64,000 bases of DNA from a virus: IMG/VR virus record IMGVR_UViG_3300045988_177154, positions 1 to 64,000 of that record, one strand, 5' to 3'. Below, piece after piece: positions 25,722-33,873 of the stretch. The notes under the pieces are model-generated. The model was given only the letters and a program-made list of their open reading frames with translations, made no database searches and was not told where the DNA came from. Within the stretch, counting starts at the first letter, position 1, and every line of letters begins with the position of its first letter. A program made the position numbers and the translations under genes.

Positions 25722-26039
25722 TTATAGCAAATTTTTCAATCGTCTTACTGCTTCACGCATAGCACGTTCTTTATCAGAGTAGAACCATTTAGTTACGTAT
25801 TTATTTGGGTCGCCAAAAACAGGTAACACTTCACTAAGAATAGGTTCATCAGGTGTTTTTGATTTGAAGTCATAAGCAGTAAACCAATAATTATATTTGC
25901 CCTCTGCTTTCAATTGTTCCAACAATGCCTTGCTAGCAATTGTTTTTTCATTTGCTTGAGCAATTCGGAAAAAGCTATCACTTCCAACTTCTACATATTC
26001 TTGAGAATTTAATAAAGCTTTAATTTCTTTAGGAGTCAT
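25722..26039 (-). CDS. hypothetical protein, paralog of 25270..25584
   Basis: MTPKEIKALL...QANEKTI..LLEQLKAEGKYNYWFTAYDFKSKT...GDPNKYVTKWFY. Confidence 0.8.
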   Translation of the reverse strand: MTPKEIKALLNSQEYVEVGSDSFFRIAQANEKTIASKALLEQLKAEGKYNYWFTAYDFKSKTPDEPILSEVLPVFGDPNKYVTKWFYSDKERAMREAVRRLKNLL

Positions 26040-26053
26040 TGTTTTTGCCTTTC

Positions 26054-26653
26054 TTAATAGTAATAAGTGTCAATGATAACTTCTGAGTCAATAGAAGAAA
26101 TAACAGTATCAGAGAATTCATAGCCATCATAAGCTTTTCCATGATTTGTTTCTACTGTTTCAACTTCATGTTGAATACGGATAACTTCAAATTTTACAGT
26201 CAAGCCTGTATCTTCTTTTAATTTCATCAAATCATCAAAATAACAACGAGTGCTTGTCAAATCATAGCCAACTTGGAAAAGACGAATATCATTGATAAGA
26301 GTTGATGTACCCAAAGAAACTTTCACATTGTCTTGATGAAGAAGTGAATCAAAGAATGCTTCTGTACGAGCAATTCGGCGTTGTTCTTTTCGGATTGCCG
26401 CAATTCGTTTGGCTTCTGCTTCTTGTTGAGCAATTTCTTCAAGTTTATCTTGGATAAGGACAGCTTGGCTATATCGTTTAGCGATTGCAATGTTTTGAAC
26501 TCGACCGAAATGAGAATAAGCCGCACTTACTAGTAAGTCCTCAGTAAGAATTTCTCGGTCAAAGTATTCAGACCATTCTGCTAATGTTCCAGCGTAAACA
26601 GTCGGTTTAGTTACACCTAAGTATTTTACTCGAATTGCGATTGTTGTTTCCAT
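26054..26653 (-). CDS. hypothetical protein
   Basis: 199-aa ORF behind the promoter at 26698-26726, with an AAAGAGGAAA SD. Confidence 0.8.
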   Translation of the reverse strand: METTIAIRVKYLGVTKPTVYAGTLAEWSEYFDREILTEDLLVSAAYSHFGRVQNIAIAKRYSQAVLIQDKLEEIAQQEAEAKRIAAIRKEQRRIARTEAFFDSLLHQDNVKVSLGTSTLINDIRLFQVGYDLTSTRCYFDDLMKLKEDTGLTVKFEVIRIQHEVETVETNHGKAYDGYEFSDTVISSIDSEVIIDTYYY

Positions 26654-26697
26654 TGTTATTTCCTCTTTATTTCATTTGTTTGTTTTATTATAGTTAT

Positions 26698-26726
26698 ATT
26701 ATACAATAGAAATTTCATTTTGTCAA
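26698..26726 (-). promoter_or_regulatory. sigma-A-type promoter TTGACA-17-TATAAT with conserved leader
   Basis: Plus strand reads ATTATA (26698-26703) and TGTCAA (26721-26726). Confidence 0.85.
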
Positions 26727-26779
26727 CAATAAAATTCAAAAAAAAGAAAAATTTTTTAAAAATCTTTCTTTTCCTTTTG

Positions 26780-27082
26780 TTATAACGACTTATCAAAGAC
26801 AACATCATCAATAAAGCTGTTGGAGTCACGGTCAAAATGCTTGAGTGTGAGTTTAATTCCTTTAATAGAGCAGAATTTGATAACAGCAACAGTTGCTGGA
26901 GTCAATCCTGTCACATAAACATCAAGCTTATCTCCGAAATTAACAAAATTAAGTTTAGTAGCAACTTTATCAAGAAGTGCTGTTGGATTGATAGGGAAAG
27001 TAATATCCCTGTCAGCAAAGATAAAATCAGTTACTGGTAAATCATGACGACCAGCACAAAGTCCAAAAGTAAATGTAGTCAT
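26780..27082 (-). CDS. hypothetical protein (100 aa, GLCAGRHDLP motif)
   Basis: ORF with an AAAGAGGA SD. The overlapping ORFs 26656..26889 and 26837..27040 are rejected. Confidence 0.75.
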   Translation of the reverse strand: MTTFTFGLCAGRHDLPVTDFIFADRDITFPINPTALLDKVATKLNFVNFGDKLDVYVTGLTPATVAVIKFCSIKGIKLTLKHFDRDSNSFIDDVVFDKSL

Positions 27083-27104
27083 AGTTAAATCCTCTTTTCT
27101 TTAT

Positions 27105-27434
27105 TTAATTCTGTTCAAACAATTTGTATACTGCTTGTTTTTTCTCTTGATACTCTTTTTCAATTTCATCAAGTTTTCGTTGAAGTGTAGTTCGATGAAT
27201 TGAATAGTAGTTTGGTTCGTCCCAGTCACCTGAATGAGGGAACACTGCAAAAGATAGCTCACCGTTAATGAATTTTACATAATCAGATTTGTAATAATCA
27301 TTATCACATAGCCATTCATATTCTTTCATAGCACCTTCAAGTTCATCAATAGAATTTACAACAAAACTCTTAAATTCTTTTTTAGCATCGCCTTTTCCAT
27401 AGACTCCAAAAATCTCAATTAAATATTTTTCCAT
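27105..27434 (-). CDS. hypothetical protein
   Basis: 109-aa ORF behind a TTGACA-17-TATAAT promoter at about 27463-27491. Confidence 0.8.
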   Translation of the reverse strand: MEKYLIEIFGVYGKGDAKKEFKSFVVNSIDELEGAMKEYEWLCDNDYYKSDYVKFINGELSFAVFPHSGDWDEPNYYSIHRTTLQRKLDEIEKEYQEKKQAVYKLFEQN

Positions 27435-27561
27435 AGTTATTTGTACCTTTCATTTTTCGTTAATAGTATTATATAACTTTTTAAATAATTTGTCAACAAT
27501 TTTTTAAAAAATTTAAGTAGCTATTTGATATATTTAAAGAGTAATTTAATAGAGGTGAAAA

Positions 27562-28365
27562 ATGGCTAAATATCATATAAAGAAAGACGGAACACCAGGT
27601 GTTTGCAGAGCTCAAAATGGTAAGTGCCCTTTTGGTGGCGAATCAGAGCATTTTCCAACTAAGGAAGAAGCACAAAATTATGCTGACAAAAGACATGAAG
27701 CAATAGAGCAAAGAAATAAATTGGCTGTACAATTCATTAGGAATAGAAGCTTAGAAATTGAGAGAGCACTTTATCCAACATACGAAAATATAGATAAAGT
27801 AAAAGACTTTGACTCAGATGTAAAAGTTCTAATGGATAATGGTCAAATATTGATTCAAAAAGCAATCAATGTAAATGTTTCCACAAACAAGCATGATAAA
27901 ATTTACAACAATACTAATATAAATATTAGAATAGACCCAGACAATCCAAGTAAGATGAATGTAAAAGTAGAAAGAGAAGATAGCACATGGAAAAATGCTG
28001 TATCAACTCCTCTTGGTGGGTTAAGACATATGACTGCTGAAGAAACAGAAATCTTACAAAAAGTGGAAAATAAAGTAAAGAACAAAGTTGCTAAAAATAA
28101 AGAACAAATTTTAGAAGCTTGTTTAGAGTCAGATAATTTTGTTTTCAATGATTTAGACCAATATAAAGGTAAATCTGTTTCAGATACTATTGATGGGTTA
28201 GACTCAGAAAGATACTATGTTATCAAAGATAAAGACAACAAAGAACTTGCAGAAGGTAGATTATCAGATGGTGATTTTAATAACTCATTATTATCAAAAC
28301 CTATTAACAATATAGAAGTTAAAGAACCAGGTAGTGAAGAAGAAATGATTTATTTGTATATTTAA
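27562..28365 (+). CDS. protein with N-terminal MAKYHI His/Cys mini-module (H-C-C-H) + unassigned C-terminal domain
   Basis: MAKYHIKKDGTPGVCRAQNGKCPFGGESEHFPTKEEAQNYAD aligns with the N-termini of the 40084 and 60239 ORFs. GAGGTG SD. Confidence 0.8.
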   Translation: MAKYHIKKDGTPGVCRAQNGKCPFGGESEHFPTKEEAQNYADKRHEAIEQRNKLAVQFIRNRSLEIERALYPTYENIDKVKDFDSDVKVLMDNGQILIQKAINVNVSTNKHDKIYNNTNINIRIDPDNPSKMNVKVEREDSTWKNAVSTPLGGLRHMTAEETEILQKVENKVKNKVAKNKEQILEACLESDNFVFNDLDQYKGKSVSDTIDGLDSERYYVIKDKDNKELAEGRLSDGDFNNSLLSKPINNIEVKEPGSEEEMIYLYI

Positions 28366-28400
28366 AAAAAGCACAACAGTAAAGTTGTGCTTTTCTTTTT
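28364..28400. terminator. bidirectional intrinsic terminator
   Basis: Hairpin GCACAAC-agtaaa-GTTGTGC (28371-28390) with flanking A- and T-runs. Confidence 0.8.
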
Positions 28401-28824
28401 AGGGCTCAATGCCATAAAAAATAAATTCAATGAGTTTAGTTAAGTTTCTTTCTGCCCAATCAAAATTATAGAAAGAATCATCTTGATTAAAATAGAATTT
28501 TACTTCTTCATGTGGGTGTTTAATCATAACTAATGAAATTTTGCTATCAATATTTTCATTCTTGATGTAAATAGCAACGTTTCTCCTAATTGCATTTCTA
28601 GTTTCAGTTGACTCATATGATTCTTCTTCAGCTCTAACTATAAATGTATAGTCTAAATCATCAATAGTATATTTTTTATTTTCATCAATAATAAATTTCA
28701 ATAAATCTTTTAATCTTACTCCGTTTGAAGTAAAGCTGTCTAAATACTTATCAAAGTCAAGAAAGAACTTAAGCTTATTAGCTTCGTACTCTTGTTTTTT
28801 GTTATAATCATCAATAATTGCCAT
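28399..28824 (-). CDS. hypothetical protein
   Basis: ORF track 28399..28878. Start moved to MAIIDDYNK (28824), which has a GAGGA SD. The upstream codons overlap the promoter -10. Confidence 0.75.
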   Translation of the reverse strand: MAIIDDYNKKQEYEANKLKFFLDFDKYLDSFTSNGVRLKDLLKFIIDENKKYTIDDLDYTFIVRAEEESYESTETRNAIRRNVAIYIKNENIDSKISLVMIKHPHEEVKFYFNQDDSFYNFDWAERNLTKLIEFIFYGIEP

Positions 28825-28904
28825 TTTTAAAAATCCTCGTTTCTTTTTGTTAGTTATATTATATAATAATTTCTTCACTTAGTCAATAAGGAACAATAAT
28901 TTCA

Positions 28905-29013
28905 AACTGTAAAATAAGCGACTCTGAGCTGTTTTATTGTAAGGTCGATACATTTATCGAAAATCAGTTTTAACCGTTTTAGCGTTTCACTAGTGACGAT
29001 ATAACAACCCTAA
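28905..29013 (+). repeat. intergenic repeat family A, copy A4
   Basis: AAAATAAGCGACTCTGAGCTGTTTTATTGTAAGGTCGATACATTTATCGAAAATCAGTTTTAACCGTTTTAGCGTTTCACTAGTGACGATATAACAACCC. Confidence 0.9.
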
Positions 29014-29053
29014 AAATAAAAGAGAGCAATGTAGATTGCTCTCTTTTTAAGTT

Positions 29054-29830
29054 TTATTTTTTATATTTGTAAGTCTTTTGTGACTTAACACCTTCTTTTC
29101 GCCTTACTCCAACTTCAATAATGAAATTCTTGTACTCACGAAGTACATTTTGACGAATAAGATTTTTATTTGGCAAAATAGCTTTAACAAGATTTAGAAT
29201 TTCTGTAACAGTAAATTCATACCCGAGCATTTGGAAGAAGTTTGGCTTCCATGAATCGTGACCTTGCATACGAGAAATTGCTTCTTGAATTAAGTCATAA
29301 TGGTCAAAAGCAAAATCTTCTTTAGCTAATAATTTGTCACCATCATAAAAAGCATTATCTTTTACATTAACTGTAATAAGTTTAACTTCAAGAGCATCAT
29401 CTTGAGCTTGCATCTCCAAAACTTGCTCATATGGAAGATAAACAATATAACCAATTGTAATAATCCAAGTTCGTGGGTCCCGACCGGGTGTCGATACAGT
29501 TTTTAATTGTTCAATCTGTTCTAAGTTAATAGTAATATTTGTTTCTTCTTTTACTTCACGTAGTACAGCTTGTTCAGCACTTTCATGAGAGCCAACGAAC
29601 CCACCAGGCAAAGCATATTTCAAACGATATGGGTGAGCTTTACGTTGAATCATAAGTAATTTAAGCTCATTATCAATGAATGTAAATGCTGTCATATCTG
29701 TTGTAACAGATGGTTGCTCATATGTAGGTAAATCTTGTTTTTTGTACCAGTCTAAAAATTCTGCTTCAGAAGCAACTTGTTCATAGTAAGTTTTTTCTTC
29801 TTGTTTTGAGTTAAATTTAATTTTTTTCAT
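29054..29830 (-). CDS. Nudix hydrolase with C-terminal winged-helix-like domain (NrtR-like ADP-ribose pyrophosphatase/regulator)
   Basis: Nudix box GGFVGSHESAEQAVLREVKEETNI is nearly complete. The C-terminal ~90 aa (FDHYDLIQEAISRM...FTVTEILNLVKAI...) resemble the NrtR DNA-binding domain. Last gene of the nadR-pnuC string. Confidence 0.65.
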   Translation of the reverse strand: MKKIKFNSKQEEKTYYEQVASEAEFLDWYKKQDLPTYEQPSVTTDMTAFTFIDNELKLLMIQRKAHPYRLKYALPGGFVGSHESAEQAVLREVKEETNITINLEQIEQLKTVSTPGRDPRTWIITIGYIVYLPYEQVLEMQAQDDALEVKLITVNVKDNAFYDGDKLLAKEDFAFDHYDLIQEAISRMQGHDSWKPNFFQMLGYEFTVTEILNLVKAILPNKNLIRQNVLREYKNFIIEVGVRRKEGVKSQKTYKYKK

Positions 29831-29883
29831 ATTCTAACTCCTTTCAATCTTATTATAAACTTATCTCAATAATAAGTCAATCT

Positions 29884-30645
29884 TTATTTAGTACTTTTAA
29901 CCCAGTTGTACCAACCAATAATACTGTTTAATAGATATACCCAGTACATTCCTTGAATATGAATGTTGGTTCCCCACCATAGATAAATTGAGAATACGTT
30001 AGTTAGTACCCATAATAGCCAAGATAAGTTAGCAAAACGTTGAGTTTGACCGATTTGAGCACCAACACTTAAGCCGTTTGTGATAGCATCTCTGAATGGA
30101 CGAGCTGAACCAATGCTTTGGAAAGCAAATCCCATACTTAACCAAGCAATAAATACAAACACGAAGTATTTCACATAATCCATAATTGACTCTTTACGAG
30201 CAACAAATTCAGAAGTTTCAGTATTTTTGATACGAGCAGTTAACCAAGCATAAATTCCAATTGGTTGCATAATTACATAGAATACTGCTATCATAACTTC
30301 TCCATAGAATAAGTTAGATAATGCTAAATAGAAATAAATGATGTTAGAGATTAAACCGAATAGATAATTACTAGCACGACCTTCTGCTACAAGGATAACA
30401 CATAATATACCAGTTAAACTTGATGTAAGACCTAAATAGTCATGCTCATTTCCACTTGTAAACTCCAAGATAATTGGAACAGAAGCAAGAATTAGTAAGT
30501 ATAGCCAGGCACCCAGACTTCGGTTATCAAAGAAATCATCAACGATTCCTTTTAACACTTTCTTAAATCCAAGTTCTTTTGCTTTGCCTGTAATGAGGCC
30601 AATATTTTGAGGGATAGCTGCAATGTTTGATTGTAAATTTTTCAT
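29884..30645 (-). CDS. pnuC: nicotinamide riboside transporter PnuC
   Basis: 253 aa with about 7 TM helices and Trp-rich helices (WLLWVLTNVFSIYLWW, WVYLLNSIIGWYNW) typical of PnuC. The start lies 2 nt after the nadR stop. Confidence 0.75.
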   Translation of the reverse strand: MKNLQSNIAAIPQNIGLITGKAKELGFKKVLKGIVDDFFDNRSLGAWLYLLILASVPIILEFTSGNEHDYLGLTSSLTGILCVILVAEGRASNYLFGLISNIIYFYLALSNLFYGEVMIAVFYVIMQPIGIYAWLTARIKNTETSEFVARKESIMDYVKYFVFVFIAWLSMGFAFQSIGSARPFRDAITNGLSVGAQIGQTQRFANLSWLLWVLTNVFSIYLWWGTNIHIQGMYWVYLLNSIIGWYNWVKSTK

Positions 30646-30647
30646 AG

Positions 30648-31703
30648 TTAGTACTCCTTATAAATGTTTTCAATTTCTTTAATAGCTTTATTGTAATTTC
30701 CTAGATAATCTTCATCTAGGAAGATAAGTTTTGTGTCTTTATGATTTTCTTTAGTAATTTGTAATAGATAATCTGTAAATGCTTGTCTGATTTGTTCATC
30801 AGCCATAGTCATGTCACGGAACCCATCATCAACATACTCACCTGTTGGTTGTACAAATAAGATTAAATCCCATTTTTCTTTAGTTACAAGTGATTTGTAA
30901 AGGTGTTCAACTGCCTTAATGTCTAAATCAGTATCAGATGAAGATTCATCTAAGTAATAGTCATAATAAGCTTTAGTTACGGTAGAATTTGTATCAGCAA
31001 TAACCAAACCTTTATTTTCTTTTGAGTCGATAGCTTTAGAAGTTTGAGCATATTGACCGTCTAACAAGTAGAAATAATCTTTAGCAGTAAGTTCATCATC
31101 TCTAACATTATTAGTTGTTTGGTATTCTCTTGCATATTCCAAACTTGTTGGAGCAGAGTAGAACAATCCTAAATCTTTAACAAGAGTAGTTTTTCCATTA
31201 GAAGCAGAGCCTAATACAAGAACTTTCTTAGTAAAGTGTCGTTTGAATGGTTGAGCAATAAATCTCCAATATTGGAAAGGATTTTCACGAATTAGACTAG
31301 CGCTAATTCCAAAGTTTCTTTCTTCTGATTGAGTTTTAAAGCCACGTTTTTGTAATTCTTCCACATATTCATCTTCATTAACAAAGAAGAGTAAATCATC
31401 ATCTTTATTAGTATTAGATACGTTGAAGAGTTCGTCTAGCCAAACGTCCCAACCTTCAGGCATAAGTGGCATATTAGCTTCATCTAATTTTGAGACTTCC
31501 ACAAGAGCATCATCATTAAATACTTCTCGGATATAGCGGAAACGTTTTTGAAGTGACAGTCCAATTTGGTCACCTCTATCACCTTCTCTGCCAGACACGA
31601 TAACTTTAACAGAATCGCAAATTCGTTTAGCTTTAATAATTAGGTCAATATGACCTCTGTGCATAGGAGCAAACGTTCCAAACACAATTCCTACTGTTTT
31701 CAT
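30648..31703 (-). CDS. nadR: bifunctional NMN adenylyltransferase / ribosylnicotinamide kinase (NadR type, no N-terminal HTH)
   Basis: GTFAPMHRGH nucleotidyltransferase motif at residues 9-18. Second-domain P-loop LVLGSASNGKTTLVKDL. 351 aa. Confidence 0.8.
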   Translation of the reverse strand: MKTVGIVFGTFAPMHRGHIDLIIKAKRICDSVKVIVSGREGDRGDQIGLSLQKRFRYIREVFNDDALVEVSKLDEANMPLMPEGWDVWLDELFNVSNTNKDDDLLFFVNEDEYVEELQKRGFKTQSEERNFGISASLIRENPFQYWRFIAQPFKRHFTKKVLVLGSASNGKTTLVKDLGLFYSAPTSLEYAREYQTTNNVRDDELTAKDYFYLLDGQYAQTSKAIDSKENKGLVIADTNSTVTKAYYDYYLDESSSDTDLDIKAVEHLYKSLVTKEKWDLILFVQPTGEYVDDGFRDMTMADEQIRQAFTDYLLQITKENHKDTKLIFLDEDYLGNYNKAIKEIENIYKEY

Positions 31704-31716
31704 ATAGATTACCTAT

Positions 31717-31736
31717 AAGTATCAAATTTGATACTT
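31717..31736. promoter_or_regulatory. perfect 20-bp palindrome in the nadR leader (candidate NrtR-type operator)
   Basis: AAGTATCAAATTTGATACTT is its own reverse complement and lies 14-33 nt upstream of the nadR ATG. A degenerate relative, ATAAATATCAAAATTTAT, lies at 31771-31788. Confidence 0.5.
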
Positions 31737-31801
31737 TCCTTTCTAAAAAAATTTGAATGGTATTTCATACATAAATATCAAAATTTATATTTTTGTTATT
31801 T

Positions 31802-31832
31802 ATATTATTCCACAACTGAGCTATAAAGTCAA
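31802..31832 (-). promoter_or_regulatory. promoter of the nadR-pnuC-nudix operon (TTGACT -35; AT-rich -10 region)
   Basis: Plus strand reads AGTCAA at 31827-31832. A -10 candidate, AATAAT or TAATAT, lies 17-19 nt downstream on the minus strand. Confidence 0.55.
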
Positions 31833-31889
31833 CCATTTTGAAAAACTTTTTTAAAAAAATAAAAAATCAGTAATTAAACTGATTTGTTT

Positions 31890-32555
31890 TTATAGTTTTT
31901 GAATCTTCACAATGCTTGTGAAATCATGCTCTAAGGAATGCTTGAAGAATATTTCAAAGCGTTCCTTTTTCCTTTCTTCATCTTCCCAATTTAAAAATAC
32001 AGGTGGGAAAGTTAGCATAGCATCTAATTCAGCAGAAATATCTGCAACTTTTTTAGATTTGTCTAAGTGTGGCCAAGCAGTAGCAATATTACTGAATAAT
32101 TCTTTATAGCAATCTTCTAGGGTTTCTTTAACAATAATATTTTCATACTCAAAATTCTTTTTTCGTTTAGGTGGAATATAATAAAGTCCAAGTTGAGCAA
32201 ATTTAATAGCATTTTTCTGCAAAATAAAATAAATTATATAAGGAACAACTTCATCAGGTGAGCCATAAATAAATTCGTGGTCAATCTGACACCCATAATA
32301 ATTACAAGGCATAACAAAGATTTTTTCGTATGGTTTTAATTTTGAGTAATCCACAATAATAGAATCTTTTTGAATAGTAAGAGTAAATTCACCTTGCAAC
32401 AATCTACTTAATTCATTTTCAATTAGTTCTTTTATAACCGGTTGGTTTTGTTCAAAAGATTTTTCATAATATTCTTTTAGTTCAAGTTCTGTTTTAAAAG
32501 AGCCTGTAATTAACTCTCTTTGGATAAAATCTTTCCATTTACTTCTATAAGTCAT
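31890..32555 (-). CDS. hypothetical protein
   Basis: The ORF track starts at GTG 32561. ATG 32555 (MTYRSKW) is preferred because a GGAG SD lies 5 nt upstream. Confidence 0.75.
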   Translation of the reverse strand: MTYRSKWKDFIQRELITGSFKTELELKEYYEKSFEQNQPVIKELIENELSRLLQGEFTLTIQKDSIIVDYSKLKPYEKIFVMPCNYYGCQIDHEFIYGSPDEVVPYIIYFILQKNAIKFAQLGLYYIPPKRKKNFEYENIIVKETLEDCYKELFSNIATAWPHLDKSKKVADISAELDAMLTFPPVFLNWEDEERKKERFEIFFKHSLEHDFTSIVKIQKL

Positions 32556-32567
32556 TAACACTCCAAT

Positions 32568-32855
32568 CTACTCTTCAAATTCACGCAAGTAAACAATTTT
32601 ACCGCCATTTTTAAGGTCGATACTAATCAAAAACGAATCTTTGCTATAATGAATACTGAATAGATAGCGGTCATCATCTTCTAAAAAGAAAGCATTTGGT
32701 AACTCAACTGAAACTTCAGCATTTTTAATTCGTTCCTTTAATGATTGAGCTTCTTTTGAAGTATAATCTTCCAATGCTTTTTTTACTGCATTTACAATAT
32801 TATCTTCAGTTGGTTCAACATTAACTCCATTGATTGTCAAAAATTCTCTTGCCAT
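32568..32855 (-). CDS. hypothetical protein
   Basis: 95-aa ORF behind the promoter at 32890-32918, with an AAAGAGGACAAA SD. Confidence 0.8.
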   Translation of the reverse strand: MAREFLTINGVNVEPTEDNIVNAVKKALEDYTSKEAQSLKERIKNAEVSVELPNAFFLEDDDRYLFSIHYSKDSFLISIDLKNGGKIVYLREFEE

Positions 32856-32889
32856 TGTTTTGTCCTCTTTATTCTTTCTTTATAGTTAT

Positions 32890-32918
32890 ATTGTATAATA
32901 AAAAAGATTGCTTGTCAA
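32890..32918 (-). promoter_or_regulatory. sigma-A-type promoter TTGACA-17-TACAAT whose -35 lies in a terminator-like hairpin loop
   Basis: Plus strand reads ATTGTA (32890-32895) and TGTCAA (32913-32918). The stem arms are AAAAAGATTG (32901-32910) and CAATCTTTTT (32919-32928). Confidence 0.8.
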
Positions 32919-32930
32919 CAATCTTTTTAA

Positions 32931-33374
32931 TCATTTTTTAATCTTTTTAAACCTAGCAAAAGCTTTTTGATGTAAATGAAATTCTATATTTTTATAATCA
33001 ATAAGGATATAGTCCATTTCTAAGTTGTATTTGCTTTTCAAATCAAATTTTATTTTATTGTATTTGTCTTGTACAAAGTTTGATTTTTTAACAATAGGAA
33101 GTTTAATCTTTTTAGAGATTAAGAGGAAGCAGAAAATATAAACAATCAGAAATAGAATTAAGCTTGTTTCATAAGAGATTAAATTGAATTGATTTTTTAA
33201 TACTAGTATAGTAATTACAGGTAAATAAAAGAACCATAAAATCAATTTTGGATTATGAGGTTTAAAATATTTACCATTTTCTTCATATTCATCTTGATAG
33301 ACTTTACTAAGTTCCTTTAATTGAAGTTCAATTTCTTCCAATTCTTTATTGTGAATAATATGGTTATCAGTCAT
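32931..33374 (-). CDS. two-TM membrane protein, member 3 of a tandem paralog triplet
   Basis: N-terminal NKELEEIELQLKELSKVYQDEYEENGKYFK, two TM helices, and C-terminal KLPIVKKSNF...DLKSKYNLEMDYILIDYKNIEF, shared with its neighbours. Confidence 0.8.
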   Translation of the reverse strand: MTDNHIIHNKELEEIELQLKELSKVYQDEYEENGKYFKPHNPKLILWFFYLPVITILVLKNQFNLISYETSLILFLIVYIFCFLLISKKIKLPIVKKSNFVQDKYNKIKFDLKSKYNLEMDYILIDYKNIEFHLHQKAFARFKKIKK

Positions 33375-33873
33375 TTTGGCCTCCTATCTTTTGAGCTCTT
33401 TTTAACATTTTTAATTTTTTCATTGATTTATGGTCATCTTTATTTAAAGAAATTTCTAAATTTTTACTATCAATAATTACATCATCTAAATTCAGATTAT
33501 AATTATTTAATTTAGTTATTAGTAATGATTTATTTTGTTTTAAGAAACTTTTTTTGCTAACAATTGGTAATTTAAAACGAGGTATAATATAACTAGTTGT
33601 AAAATTTACTGAAGCAATAAACAGAGAAATATCCAATATAATTAAAAGAATATTCGTAATTGCTGAAAGTGGTTGCATAAATGCTAACAAATAAAGGAAC
33701 AAGAAAACAAAAACAATAGGATATAAAATAGCTGTAATCACTCTAGTAACAGTCCTCATATATAAATATTTACCATCTTCTTTATATTTTGTTTGAAGCT
33801 CGTTACTTAGTATTTTGAGATAATTTTCAAATTCTTCTAGTTCTTGATTATCAGTAATATAATTCATTTTCAT
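33367..33873 (-). CDS. two-TM membrane protein, member 2 of a tandem paralog triplet
   Basis: Same architecture as its neighbours. Overlaps both by 4-8 nt, which suggests translational coupling. Confidence 0.8.
   Translation of the reverse strand: MKMNYITDNQELEEFENYLKILSNELQTKYKEDGKYLYMRTVTRVITAILYPIVFVFLFLYLLAFMQPLSAITNILLIILDISLFIASVNFTTSYIIPRFKLPIVSKKSFLKQNKSLLITKLNNYNLNLDDVIIDSKNLEISLNKDDHKSMKKLKMLKRAQKIGGQND

Noticed and set aside
31741-31836. A NAD+ (nadA or pnuC-motif) riboswitch upstream of the nadR-pnuC operon.
   Set aside because: The leader is short, AT-rich and dominated by DNA palindromes rather than GC-supported RNA helices. pnuC itself has no leader, with only a 2-nt gap after nadR. 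A protein operator is the more economical reading.
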